Shown one piece after another: positions 1 through 12,792 of a DNA stretch of 64,000 bases. Each line of letters starts with the position of its first letter. Position 1 is the first letter of the stretch. The DNA is taken from contig CM022668.1 of the NCBI GenBank assembly GCA_012295275.1, forward strand, positions 6,014,001-6,078,000, read 5' to 3'. The stretch is from Chrysomallon squamiferum. Its lineage: Eukaryota; Animalia; Mollusca. The notes under the pieces are model-generated. The model saw nothing but the letters and a program-made list of their open reading frames with translations. It was not told the origin of the DNA and did no database searches. The position numbers were made by a program, and so were the translations under genes.

Positions 1-38
1 CCGAGATAAAAATAAGACCACTTTTGTCTGGGAAATAA
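1..38 (+). CDS. 3' end of the last exon of an upstream PAN-FReD paralogue (…[11 protein letters not shown])
   Basis: GAG ATA AAA ATA AGA CCA CTT TTG TCT GGG AAA TAA matches the C-terminus [11 protein letters not shown] of the intact copies. It is followed by the same 3' flank seen after 21133 and 36266. Confidence 0.8.
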   Translation, partial: EIKIRPLLSGK

Positions 39-915
39 GGCCAGTTTAGTACTGAAGTTAAAACTAATTTTGTTTTGAAGTTAAAATTCAGCTTCTATAA
101 GATTAAATATCCTGGACAGTATGAAGATGTTTATTTAATTACTTGTTTGTTTTTAATTGGTTATTTAGTATTTGTTTGTTTAAATGTTTAATTTTTGTTT
201 ATTTCTTTCTTAGAGGTATTAATTTTAAATGAGCTATTGTTATTCCATATTTTAAAATAAAAATTAGTTAATCAAGCTTTGTACTAACGGAACATTTCAT
301 GTAAGAACAGTTTATAAAACCTCTTCTAAAGGAACATTCCATGTGAGAAGAGTGAACCAAGCTTTGTTCTAAAGGAACATTCAACCAAAACAGTTCATCA
401 AACTTTGTTTTAGCGGAAGATTCCGTGCATAACCACACTGCATATTAATGTTATTACAACTCTTTGAAACACATTCATACAAAATCTGATTTGTCCTTTT
501 ATTGTTATCACATGATACCTCTTTGTTTATATTTACTTTTTATAAAGCTATTAACAGCTTCTTTTTGTAGAACATTAAATGTTTTATCTGAAACTTCGTG
601 TCACAGAACAATTCATACTTCAGGCTGAAGAGCTTACTAAGGGAAGTCACTTATGTTTTTATTGATTTCCGTTGATGTTATTTTTTCGTTCCGCGAAATA
701 ATCAGGGGATTTAGATAGAGTTGTCGTTTAATACATTTTTTATTTCTGCGAGTCATTTCTCTCGCTATAATGTATTGTACTGGGAATTATCAGTCAGACA
801 AGTGTAATTAATAACTATGCCTTTGTTATAAATAATAATAATAATTTGTGACTCCATTTAATAATAAAACGATTGGTTTAAGCAGAAATATCTTCAGAAT
901 CTATTTGATATTTTA

Positions 916-948
<33 letters not shown>

Positions 949-1374
949 TATTATTATTATTATTATTATTAATATTAATATGCTTTATTGTGCTAACGTA
1001 TTTTGTTCATGAAATATTGTGTGTCAATGTTGTATTTTAATTTCTTAATACAGTATTTACTACCACAACACCTTTGTTGACACCGACTTGAAGACCACTG
1101 TTAACCGTCATAATCGTAATCCTTAGCGTCGTCATTATGATCTGAATAACTCAGAAATACAGTTAAAGGAATTTTATTACACCAGATGTACGTGAAACAG
1201 ATGGAACGATGATGTATAATACTGATTTTTCAATGTATAGCATAATGATATTAAAGTGTGGAACAGATTTTCAGAGATTTTAAATTTGTATTCTTTCCTG
1301 AAAAGAACTGTAGTGAAAATAAAAAATAAGAAAATAAAAAGATTAGAGAAGAAAAGAACAATATGGTCCAATAG

Positions 1375-1413
<39 letters not shown>

Positions 1414-1569
1414 TTTATTGTTATTGTTGTTGTTATTATTATTACTGTTATTTTAAATAACATATTACTATTATGTAGTTACTGTACCAGCAGCAGCAGC
1501 AGCAGCAGTACTATTTATAGTAGTAGTAGTCGTCGTACTAGTAGTAGTAGTAATTTTTGCTATTGAAGA

Positions 1570-1975
1570 GTAGTATAATAATAGTTATAGCAATAGGAAT
1601 GTTTCTGTCTTATAGTAATACTTCCAGTAGTAAAATAATAGTTATAGCAGTAGGAATGTTTATATCTTATAGTAATACTTCAAGTAGTAAAATAATAGTT
1701 ATAGCAGTAGGAATGTAATGTCTTATAGTAATACTTGCAGTAGTAAAATAATGGTTATAGCAGTAGGAATGTTTATATCTTATAGTAATACTTGCAGTAG
1801 TAAAATAATAGTTATAGCAGTAGCAATGTTTATGTCTAGGAATAATACTTGCAGTAGTAAAATAATAGTTATAGCAGTAGCAATGTTTATGTCTTGTAGT
1901 AATACTTGCAGTAGTAAAATAATGGTTATAGCAGTAGGAATGTTTATGATTTATAATAATATTTCCAGTAATGAT
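1570..1975 (+). repeat. 57-bp minisatellite array (~7 units)
   Basis: Unit TCTTATAGTAATACTTCCAGTAGTAAAATAATAGTTATAGCAGTAGGAATGTTTATG repeated head-to-tail; same family as 22450, 37190 and 50505. Confidence 0.9.
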
Positions 1976-2042
1976 GTGAAATATTACTACTACCAGAAAC
2001 AGCATTAGTAGCAATAAAACAGTAATAATGATTAGGATCATA

Positions 2043-2087
<45 letters not shown>

Positions 2088-2444
2088 TATTATTATTGAT
2101 CAGTGGTATATCTTTTTCATTGACATTTATGCTGAATTTGCTGGAGCATGTAAAACAGATATATTATTAAATGCACTTAGAAAGCGAATTTCAAAAGAGG
2201 GAAACAAGAAATCACTTTAATATTTTATTATTGACGTTAGAGGTTGATCTGTATTGATCTATATTCAAGTAATTATTATTATTATTCTTACTGATGTATC
2301 AATGTACAGCATAATGGAATTAAAGAGTGGAACAGATTTTCAGAGATTTTATATTTATTCTCTCCAGGAATGAACTGTAATAAAAAAATAAAATAAAAAG
2401 TAAAAAGATTAGAGAAAAAAAAAAGAACAATATGGTACAATATG

Positions 2445-2479
<35 letters not shown>

Positions 2480-4047
2480 GTAATCTTTACAACAACAGGA
2501 ACAAAACAGCAACAAACCCACCCAACAATAACAAAACCTAAAAAGCAATCAAAAGGAAAAAAAAAAGAACCAAAACAATAAAATTAAATTAAATAAAATT
2601 AAATTAAATTAAATAACTATATACTACTACTATTGCTAATACTAATATTACTAATACTACTAATACTAGGATTTTAGATTCTAGCTTTCACTTTACAAAA
2701 TTCGATCGAATAATATTGAAAACAATTTTATAATTATGGAAAACATTTCTTCAGGAATCCGGATTCACCAGAGCGTTAAGTTTCATCCTGTTTGTTTATT
2801 CACATTTGATCAGAGCTGCTTAATACTGCATGAAGATATTCAAACTTTTCTATCCATTACTGTCGAGACAAGCTGCTCCATTGATCTGAATACATCTACA
2901 GAAACAAAAACAATCAAGTGGCTTTGATATGACAAAAGTCTGACTGCTGCTTGATGTTATATTTATACTAACAAGCAATAAATATTTAATTACGATATCA
3001 GATACAGTGATCATGGTTTCACTGCACTGATGATAATCTGTGTACAATGTACTGTGTACAATTGTAAACAAGATCTATTTAATATTTAATTACATGTGTA
3101 TGACTGACGACTTCTACTGCTGTGTTTGTTATGTCATAAAATGATCCGATTTCACTGACTGAATTCTATATTAACTGAATTTATTCATCCGACCTTTCAT
3201 TCATTCATTTATTCATTTATCAGTATATCAGTGTTTAGTTTCGTATCTATCGATATTTACATATCTATACATTTTATATTTAGCTAGCTACTAATATATT
3301 TAACAAGACATATATCTACTTTTCTATCTATCCATGTGCCTATGTATCTTTCTGTTTCTCTGCATGTCTCTCTATCCATATATCTGTTATCTTACTTAAA
3401 TACATAACTGTATAGCCAGTCTGTGCAATTCCTCTCTATCTCCCTCTCTTTGTATTCATATGCATATTCATATAGATATTCAAATACGTGCAGGCAAAAA
3501 GAAATAACTGGTTACTGCTTTAAGATATCACCTTTGTTTTGGTCAAGATAAATAGCTATCGCAGCTTGGTAAAGCCTCGCTGCATTTGGTATTCCAACCT
3601 TCGCAGTTATCGTCGTGTCCATATATGTATGTAGCATATATTTCGCAATAAATGAAAATCTAAAATAACTGTCAGATAAATAAACAGACAGATCGATATA
3701 TATATAAAAATATATAGTTGTATCCAGATACAGTACGTAAATTCACATCAGTAAATTAGACAATTAGCGATCGTTAAGTCAGTTCGCTGCGTCTGTATGA
3801 ATGTTTAATTCTTCACCAATCAAAACAGATAAAACAGCCAATAAGCAACCAGATAAACAGACGCCTTTCCATATCGATACGTCTATTTGTGAAGTATTTT
3901 AACAAGCCAGAGAACTACGGACAATTAGTCTGAACTCAGAAATCAACGGTTTAATGGAAACAGCGGAAGCTACGTAATATTCGAATCATAAGCAAGAAAA
4001 CTGGATTTATTTTATTTCTTATTTTAAGATTCTTTCAAAGATTAAAA

Positions 4048-4323
4048 ATGAAATTTTCAGGAATTTATATCTTATTCGTTAATCACGTCATGAGTGTGAT
4101 ACATCGAGACATGGAATTTCGAAACCACGTCATGACAACGACGTCTCAGTCATCATTATACGACTGTTCTGCTGCCTGTGTAGCTGATGTGTGTTGTGAA
4201 TCCTTTAACTTCTTCCAATCTACCCTGAAGTGTCAACTCAACTACAAAACAAAGGAAGAAAGTTCACAAGATTTTGTCACAAAGAAAGGATCAATTTACC
4301 AAGACAAAGATTCTATAGACAAG
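4048..4323 (+). CDS. PAN-FReD copy A, exon 1 only (signal peptide + PAN/Apple domain); remainder lost in the gap or deleted
   Basis: ATG at 4048, 92 codons [16 protein letters not shown]…[17 protein letters not shown]…KCQLN…DK, then donor AAG|GTAAGA. Intron 1 runs into the N gap at 4783 and no + strand exon 2 follows. Confidence 0.8.
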
Positions 4324-4601
4324 GTAAGATATTTTAATTTCTTGTTTATTTTATTACAACAACAACTACTACTACTGCTATTACTACTACTACTACTAGT
4401 ACTTCTAATACTACTACTACTACAATTACTACCGCTAATAGAACGATTGGTATTGTTACTACTACTTCTGTTACGAATAGTACTATCGCAACTACTTTTA
4501 CTACTACTATTACTACAACTACTTTTGAGACTACTATTATGACTATCTCTACTTCTATTACAGCTACCACAGTTCCATCACAAATACTACTATTACTATT
4601 C

Positions 4602-4653
<52 letters not shown>

Positions 4654-4782
4654 GTTACGATTACTCCTACTACTGTTATTGTAACTACGAGTAACACTAC
4701 TACAGCTTATACTGTATTGTTAATACCAATGGCTTTTATTTTACTACTGTTAATATCGCTGACATCATCATTATTACTACTA

Positions 4783-4982
4783 NNNNNNNNNNNNNNNNNN
4801 NNNNNNNNNNNNNNNNNNNNNNNNNNNNNNNNNNNNNNNNNNNNNNNNNNNNNNNNNNNNNNNNNNNNNNNNNNNNNNNNNNNNNNNNNNNNNNNNNNNN
4901 NNNNNNNNNNNNNNNNNNNNNNNNNNNNNNNNNNNNNNNNNNNNNNNNNNNNNNNNNNNNNNNNNNNNNNNNNNNNNNNNNN
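4783..4982. other. Assembly gap (200 N)
   Basis: Run of exactly 200 N; the paralogous units on either side are in opposite orientations. Confidence 0.99.
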
Positions 4983-7445
4983 TACTACTACTACCACTGC
5001 TGCTGTTCCATTACTACTACTACCACTGCTGCTGTTCCATTACTACTACTACCACTGCTGCTGTTCCATTACTACTACTACCACTGCTGCTGTTCCATTA
5101 CTACTGCTACCACTGCTGCTGTTCCATTACTACTACTACCACTGCTGCTGTTCCATTACTACTACTACCACTGCTGCTGTTCCATTACTACTACTACCAC
5201 TGCTGCTGTTCAATTACTACTACTACCACTGCTGCTGTTCCATTACTACTACTACCACTGCTGCTGTTCCATTACTACTACTACCACTGCTGCTGTTCCA
5301 TTACTACTACTACCACTGCTGCTGTTCCAGTACTACTACTACCACTGCTGCTGTTCCATTACTACTACTACCACTGCTGCTGTTCCACTACTACTGCTGC
5401 TGTTCCATTACTACTGCTACCACTGCTGCTGTTCCATTACTACTACCACTGTTGCACCACTGCTGCTGTTCCATTACTACTGCTACCACTGCTGCTGTTC
5501 CATTACTACTACTACCACTGCTGCTGTTCTCCTTACTACTACTGCACCACTGCTGCTGTTCCATTACTACTACTACACTGCTGCTGTTCCACTACTGCTG
5601 CTGTTCACTACTACTACCACTGCTGCTGTTCCATTACTACTACTACCACTGCTGCTGTTCCATTACTACTACTACCACTGCTGCTGTTCCATTACTACTA
5701 CTACCACTGCTACTGTTCCATTACTACTACTACCACTGCTGCTGTTCCATTACTACTACCACTGCTACTGTTCCATTACTACTACTACCACTGCTGCTGT
5801 TCCATTACTACTACTACCACTGCTGCTGTTCCATTACTACTACTACCACTGCTGCTGTTCCATTACTACTACTACCACTGCTGCTGTTCCATTACTACTA
5901 CTACCACTGCTGCTGTTCCATTACTACTACTACCACTGCTGCTGTTCCATTACTACTACTACCACTGCTGCTGTTCCATTACTACTACTACCACTGCTGC
6001 TGTTCCATTACTACTACTACCACTGCTGCTGTTCCATTACTACTACTACCACTGCTGCTGTTCCATTACTACTACTACCACTGCTGCTGTTCCATTACTA
6101 CTACTACCACTGCTGCTGTTCCAGTACTACTACTACCACTGCTACTGTTCCAGTACTACTACTACCACTGCTGCTGTTCCATTACTACTACTACCACTGC
6201 TGCTGTTCAATTACCACTACTACTTCAATTACTACCACTGCTGCTGTTCCATTACTACTACTACCACTACTACTACCACTGCTGTTCCAGTTGCTACTAC
6301 TACCACTGCTGCTGTTCCATTACTACTACTACCACTGCTGCTGTTCCATTACTACTACTACCACTGCTACTGTTCCATTACTACTACTACCACTGCTGCT
6401 GTTCCATTACTACTACTACCACTGCTGCTGTTCTATTACTACTACTACCACTGCTGCTGTTCCATTACTACTACTACCACTGCTGCTGTTCCATTACTAC
6501 TACTACCACTGCTGCTGTTCCATTACTACTACTACCACTGCTGCTGTTCCATTACTACTACTACCACTGCTGTTCCACCATTACTACTACTACCACTGCT
6601 GCTGTTCCATTACTACTACCACTGCTGCTGTTCCATTACTACTACTACCACTGCTGCTGTTCCATTACTACTACTACCACTGCTGCTGTTCCATTACTAC
6701 TACTACCACTGCTGCTGTTCCATTACTACTACTACCACTGCTGCTGTTCCATTACTACTACTACCACTGCTGCTGTTCCAGTACTACTACTACCACTGCT
6801 GCTGTTCCAGTACTACTACTACCACTGCTGCTGTTCCAGTACTACTACTACCACTGCTGCTGTTCCAGTACTACTACTACCACTGCTGCTGTTCCATTAC
6901 TACTACTACCACTGCTGCTGTTCCATTACTACTACTACCACTGCTGCTGTTCCATTACTACTACTACCACTGCTGCTGTTCCATTACTACTACTACCACT
7001 GCTGCTGTTCCATTACTACTACTACCACTGCTGCTGTTCCAGTACTACTACTACCACTGCTGCTGTTCCATTACTACTACTACCACTGCTGCTGTTCCAT
7101 TACTACTACTACCACTGCTGCTGTTCTAGTACTACTACTACTACCACTGCTGCTGTTCCATTACTACTACTACTACTGCTGCTGTTCCATTACTACTACT
7201 ACCACTGCTGCTGTTCCATTACTACTACTACCACTGCTGCTTTTCCATTACTACTACTACCACTGCTGCTGTTCCATTACTACTACTACCACTGCTGCTG
7301 TTCCAGTACTACTACTACCACTGCTGCTGTTCCATTACTACTACTACCACTGCTGCTGTTCCAGTACTACTACTACCACTGCTGGTCTTACATTACTACT
7401 ACTACCACTGCTGGTCTTACATTACTACTACTACCACTGCTGCTG
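4983..7445. repeat. 29-bp minisatellite array (~85 units)
   Basis: Unit ACCACTGCTGCTGTTCCATTACTACTACT. The 29-aa period of the 918-aa pseudo-ORF equals three 29-bp units. Confidence 0.97.
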
Positions 7446-7490
7446 CTGCTTTAGTAATTACAGTTGTTATTAGTACTGTTCAATTTAATC

Positions 7491-7562
<72 letters not shown>

Positions 7563-7790
7563 CTATTGTACGATACTCTGGTGAAATGTTCCGTCATGAA
7601 ATATTCCATTAGATTTATGAAACATTCCGTTAGAATAAAGTTTGATGAACTGTTCCGACGACTTGAAATGTACCATCAGAACAGAGTTTGATTAACTAGT
7701 CCTACATGAAATGTTCCATTAAAAAAATGTTTGATGAACTGAATGTTCCGTTAGATGATTAGAACAAAGATTGATGAAATGTTTCGAACT

Positions 7791-7932
<142 letters not shown>

Positions 7933-8361
7933 TATATAGATAGATAGATGGATATGTATCTATAAATCTATGTATGTCTGTCTCTGTCTTTGTGTGCAAA
8001 AAGTTATGTCCCCAAGCATTAATGCTATTAAATAAAACATGAATTGATAAAAAATTCACAACAATAATTATTTGAAATTATATGGTTTTTATTTAAAATG
8101 TCGAAAAACAATAGCTCATTAAAAATTAGTCCCTCTAAGCAAAAACGAAACAAATGAACACAGGGTAAAAAAAAAGAAATAATAAATAAACAATTAGAAA
8201 CTTAATACAGAATTTTAAATAAATGAAATAAACGTCTTCACATGGTCCAGAGATATTGAAGCCTGCAGAGAACTTAAACGAAGAATATGAAATTTATCTT
8301 CAAAGCTAATCTGATCTTAACTTCAATACGTAATTGCGTCTGTCTTCAACCATAAACTGGT

Positions 8362-9258
8362 TTATTTTCGAGACAAAAGTGGTTTTATTTTCGTTTCAGT
8401 TCTCTTCAAGGAGTAGAACTGGCCTCTCCACGAACTCCAAGTAACTCCTTTGGCGTATACCTTAGTAAGGCCTCCCAGGTACAAGACAGGAACTGTGACA
8501 GGCTGTGTACCACCAGGCTCCATGATTGACTTCGGCACAGTTTGAAGGATCCGTAACCTGATCCTTATCCTTAGTTGTAAAAGACTGAGCATTGTGCCCG
8601 GCAAGTGAGTCACCTTTGGAACGGGAAAAAAGTATAATTGCCAATTATCATTGTTATTAGGAAATAATAGAAAGAGCAATCTTCGTACGACATTTTTTTC
8701 ACTTTTGGCAAAAACTACTTATACATACAAGTACAATCTCCCATACACAGATACACGCACAAATGTATAAATACATTAACAGAGAAACCCAGTTATAATC
8801 CAACCCACACGGATAAACACATGACAGACGTACGTAGAAACAAACAAACTGACAAAGAAACACATTTATATACAGATATATGCTGAGAGAGAAATATATT
8901 CAAACATTCACAGACACACATACATAGATAGACACAGAGAGGCACACGTTTTCTTACAGACATACCTCCATATAGACACATATAGAGAAACATAAACATA
9001 CATATATATATATATATTCATTCAGTCTGTTTTAGCGTCTTGTCAGACCAACTTGCGTTTCCGCTGTAATTTCCAATGTGTAGAGTGTAGTTCTCCGCCT
9101 CACTACCCAGTGAAAATGTCGAGTACATCGCGTAACTTTTGTTTCCTTCAAAGTCTTCTAGATCAACACGTAGCTCGTATTCCTGTTTACTTGTTATCTT
9201 GTAGATGTTCTCGTTTCCTGAAGAACAGCAATAACAATAATAATAATAATAATAATAA

Positions 9259-9289
<31 letters not shown>

Positions 9290-11092
9290 AAGAAGAAGAA
9301 GAAAAAAGAAGAAGACGAAGAAGAAGAAGAAGAAGAAAAAAAATAATAATAATATTCTAAGACTTTACATTCAAGTATCATTTTTCTTTGAACATAAAAC
9401 ACAAAAATTATTTATCAACAGTTACCTGATAGATGCATCTCATGAATTAGTAAACAATTTCTTACCCAACCAGTATTCTCTTTCTACATCTCCAAATCCT
9501 TCCTTGTATTCCTGCCATGTTCCGTAGAAGTCTGTAGATCCGTCCATCCGTCTTTGTATAATCTGTACATTAGTTTAAGACAGAAATGGACGTACGTAAG
9601 TAAGTAGGTAAGTATGTGTGTATGTATGTATGTATGTGTGTTTTATATATGTATGCATATAAGTATACATATTTGTATGTATGTAAATATATATCTATAT
9701 ATATTTGTATGTAAGTATGCACCTATGTATGTATGTACCTATGTATGTATGTCTGTATTCATTTACATATCACAAAACGCTGGCACGTTGTTCACCTCAT
9801 ATGACTTCAATACACCAAGTCCAGCGTCGTAGAAGTTTCGCGTCACATCAGGAACATAACCTATGAAGAATATGCAATTATACATTTTCTTATTTAATAT
9901 GAATCAGTATTAAAATTTGTTAATTAGAGGAAAAGTTATACCATAATTTAATTATGATCTTTGATTCTATTATTTTATACTTTTGTTAATTACTTTCATA
10001 CATTTACATACATGTATGCGCACATACATATGCAGGTTTCTATGTATGAATACTTTTAGTAGGCTAAGTTATTGGTTCATCCAGAAAGAAAACAAAATAA
10101 ATGTGTCTATCAGTGCTTTGTCTAAATTACATTTACCAGTAGAGGGTTGTGTAGCTGATGGTTTTACGTCACTGTCACGTGATACACATTTCGAATCATT
10201 CATACGTGTGACTTGACATTTGTGATACGACAGACAGACGTCCGTACCACAAATTCCAGATAAAGTCTGCAAATAGGAAAACAAAACAAAACAAAAAATT
10301 TAAAAACATAACACATACTACTACTAATAATAATAACCAAAAACAATAATAATTAATAAAAAAAAAAAAAAAAAAAATAAGTAAATAAATAAATGAATAA
10401 ATAAATAAATAAATGAACGAATAAATAAATAATTCACTAATACCAGTAGTAAAATAATAGTAGTAAAATAATCGTCATAGGTGTATCAATACAGTATTAG
10501 TTGTAGTAGCTTTACTAATAGTAACAATAACAGTAGCAGGAGTAATCGTAATAATAATAATAAAAGAGTTGTTGTAGTAGTTCTGGTAGTAGTAGCAGTA
10601 TTAATAGTAGTTGTTGTGATGGAACTGTGGTTGTTGTAACAGAAGCAGCGATAACAGTAGTAGTAGTCTTAAAAGTAGTTGTGGTAATAGTAGTAGTAAA
10701 CGTAATTACTAATGATAACAGAAGTAGTAGTAACAATAGCAGTAAGTATAGTAGTAGCAGTAGTAGCAGTTGTAGAAGCTATATAAAAATCAGGACAACA
10801 TTAAAATATCTCACCTTGTCTATAGAATTTTTGTCTTGGTAAATTGATCCTTATTTTTTGTGACAAAATCTTGTGAACTTTCTTCCTTTGTTTTGTAGTT
10901 GAGTTGACACGCCAGAGTAGATGTGAAGAAGTTAAAAGATTTACAACACACATCAGCTACACAGGCAGCAGAAAAATCATACAACGACGATGGAGACGTC
11001 GTGGTCATGACGTGGTTTCGAAATTCCATGTCTCGATGTATCAGACCTTTGACGTGATTAACGAATAAGATATAAAATCCAGAAAATTTCAT
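8362..11092 (-). pseudogene. PAN-FReD copy B, inverted pseudogene
   Basis: Exons (minus strand): 11092-10815, 10266-10137, 9860-~9766, 9562-9466, 9217-9053, 8613-8362. Exon 1 is 278 nt (+2 frameshift, ACAAAAAATAAGGA vs ACAAAGAAAGGA) and the first PAN Cys is Phe. Exon 3 has an internal deletion, has lost its donor and reads into TAA at 9765-9763. Exon 6 is 252 nt (-8 frameshift). Confidence 0.93.
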
Positions 11093-12077
11093 TTTTAATC
11101 TTTGTAAGAATCTTAAAATAAGAAATAACATAAATCCAGTTTTCTTGCTTGTGGCTAAAATACTACGTTCTTTACGTTATCTGCGTTGCACCGTTGATTT
11201 CAGAGTTCAGACTAATTATTCGTGGTTCGTGGTTTCTCATAAAACTTCTGAAATAGGAATTTGTTCATCTTTTTGCTCATTGGCCATTTTGTCTGTTTTG
11301 ATTGCTGAACAACTAAAGATTGATATAGAGGCTGCGAATTGGCATAACGATCGCTAAATGCCTAGTTTACTGCTGTGTATTGATTTTCTGTGTGTTTATA
11401 TATATTTATACATCTATCGATCTTTTTCTCTGTAGTCTGATTGTTTATATTATAGGACAGTCATTTTAGGTGTTCGTTTATAGCGGAATGTATACTCTAT
11501 GTTCATCGGTGGAGCTTTATCCAGCGAAGGTTGTAATACTAATTAATTAAGTAGCAAGTAATTTATTGAAGTAAATAGTACAGTTAAGATCAGTTCCTCA
11601 CCCTCAAAATTTCTTAATTGTGTTATCCACTTTAGCATCAAGCACTCTTCACTTGAACATGACACAGCAGAATTTAAAAAATAAACTGAAATAAAATAAA
11701 GAAAATAAAACTTAAATATATAAACAAAATACACTTATAAATGAATAAACGAATGAATAAATAAATGAACGAATGCGTGAATGTATAATTATATATATAA
11801 ATAAATAAATAAATAGTTTTAAAATCGATAATAAATCTGACAATCATGAAAAATAATAGTATAATCTTCTTTATCGTCTATATAATCTTCACGTTTTGTC
11901 ATATTCTAGTAAGATCCTTGAACACATGCTGTTATCATGGTAACTGTAAAGCCTTGTTATATGAGATCGTGTATACTTCTTAGAGAGAAACCTAATTTTG
12001 CACGCAAGAGAAAACATTCTATTTTATTGAGTGGCAGTCGAACAGTTCATGAGAGGTAATTACTAATCCGTGTGTAT

Positions 12078-12792
12078 TTATTGACAGGTGAAGTACCTAT
12101 ACTCATAGAAGTAAACATATTTGTGGTTGACAGATGAATGGAGAAAAAAAAAATTCATTTGCAAAATAAACAAAACTGAAATTCGTAACAGGTACGAAAC
12201 GACCTCGATCCCGTAGGTGTAGTAGTCAATTTCCAAGAACGTTGAGAGCAGAGGAAACTGAACGATGTCGTTGACGAGGTAGAGAATCTTTGTCAAAAGA
12301 AACAACTGAACAAGACCGGACCCAGAGGTGGTACCGATAAACAGGAATTTATCTATGTAGACAGCTATTTGACTCAGAATCTCTTGTCTTTCCTTTACAT
12401 CAGTGTGTTCTAAATCAGTGTCCATTGTCTTCTCAATGATGAGTTTAATATTCACCCCGCATTGAGCATTTAGCGATTTCCAGAAAAGATGGGGCAGAAA
12501 AAAAAGCAATGCCTGAACCATGAAAATTATAGCTACCCAGGGATAGAAAATTATGCTCCACCTCTGTCCATCTGGTTGATCAACGGGGATTGGTTCATTC
12601 GTGGTCTCGTGATACATTGGCGATACCCAGCAGAAAAAATTGACGTAATGAGTGAACTGGTGTGTTTCTTTGGCGTTTTTAGCTGGATTGCATACCATGA
12701 GAAACGTGCCCACAAGCAGAGCCAAGACCAGCAGTAATGCTGGTACGACGAGATAATGAAGGCGGTTGACTAAGACAAATCTTTTATCTAAC
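12078..12792 (-). pseudogene. Truncated, internally deleted innexin paralogue (probable pseudogene, frame still open)
   Basis: Near-identical to 56052-~56735 (FYPWVAIIFMVQALLFFLPHLFWKSLN…YYTYGIEVVS), with the same TTTAG|G acceptor at 12792. Three in-frame deletions; homology stops at ~12196, so most of extracellular loop 2, TM4 and the tail are absent. Confidence 0.85.

Noticed and set aside
4717-7473. 918-aa and 387-aa ORFs
   Set aside because: Translation of a stop-free 29-bp minisatellite, cycling through all three frames and crossing an N gap; no evidence of coding.
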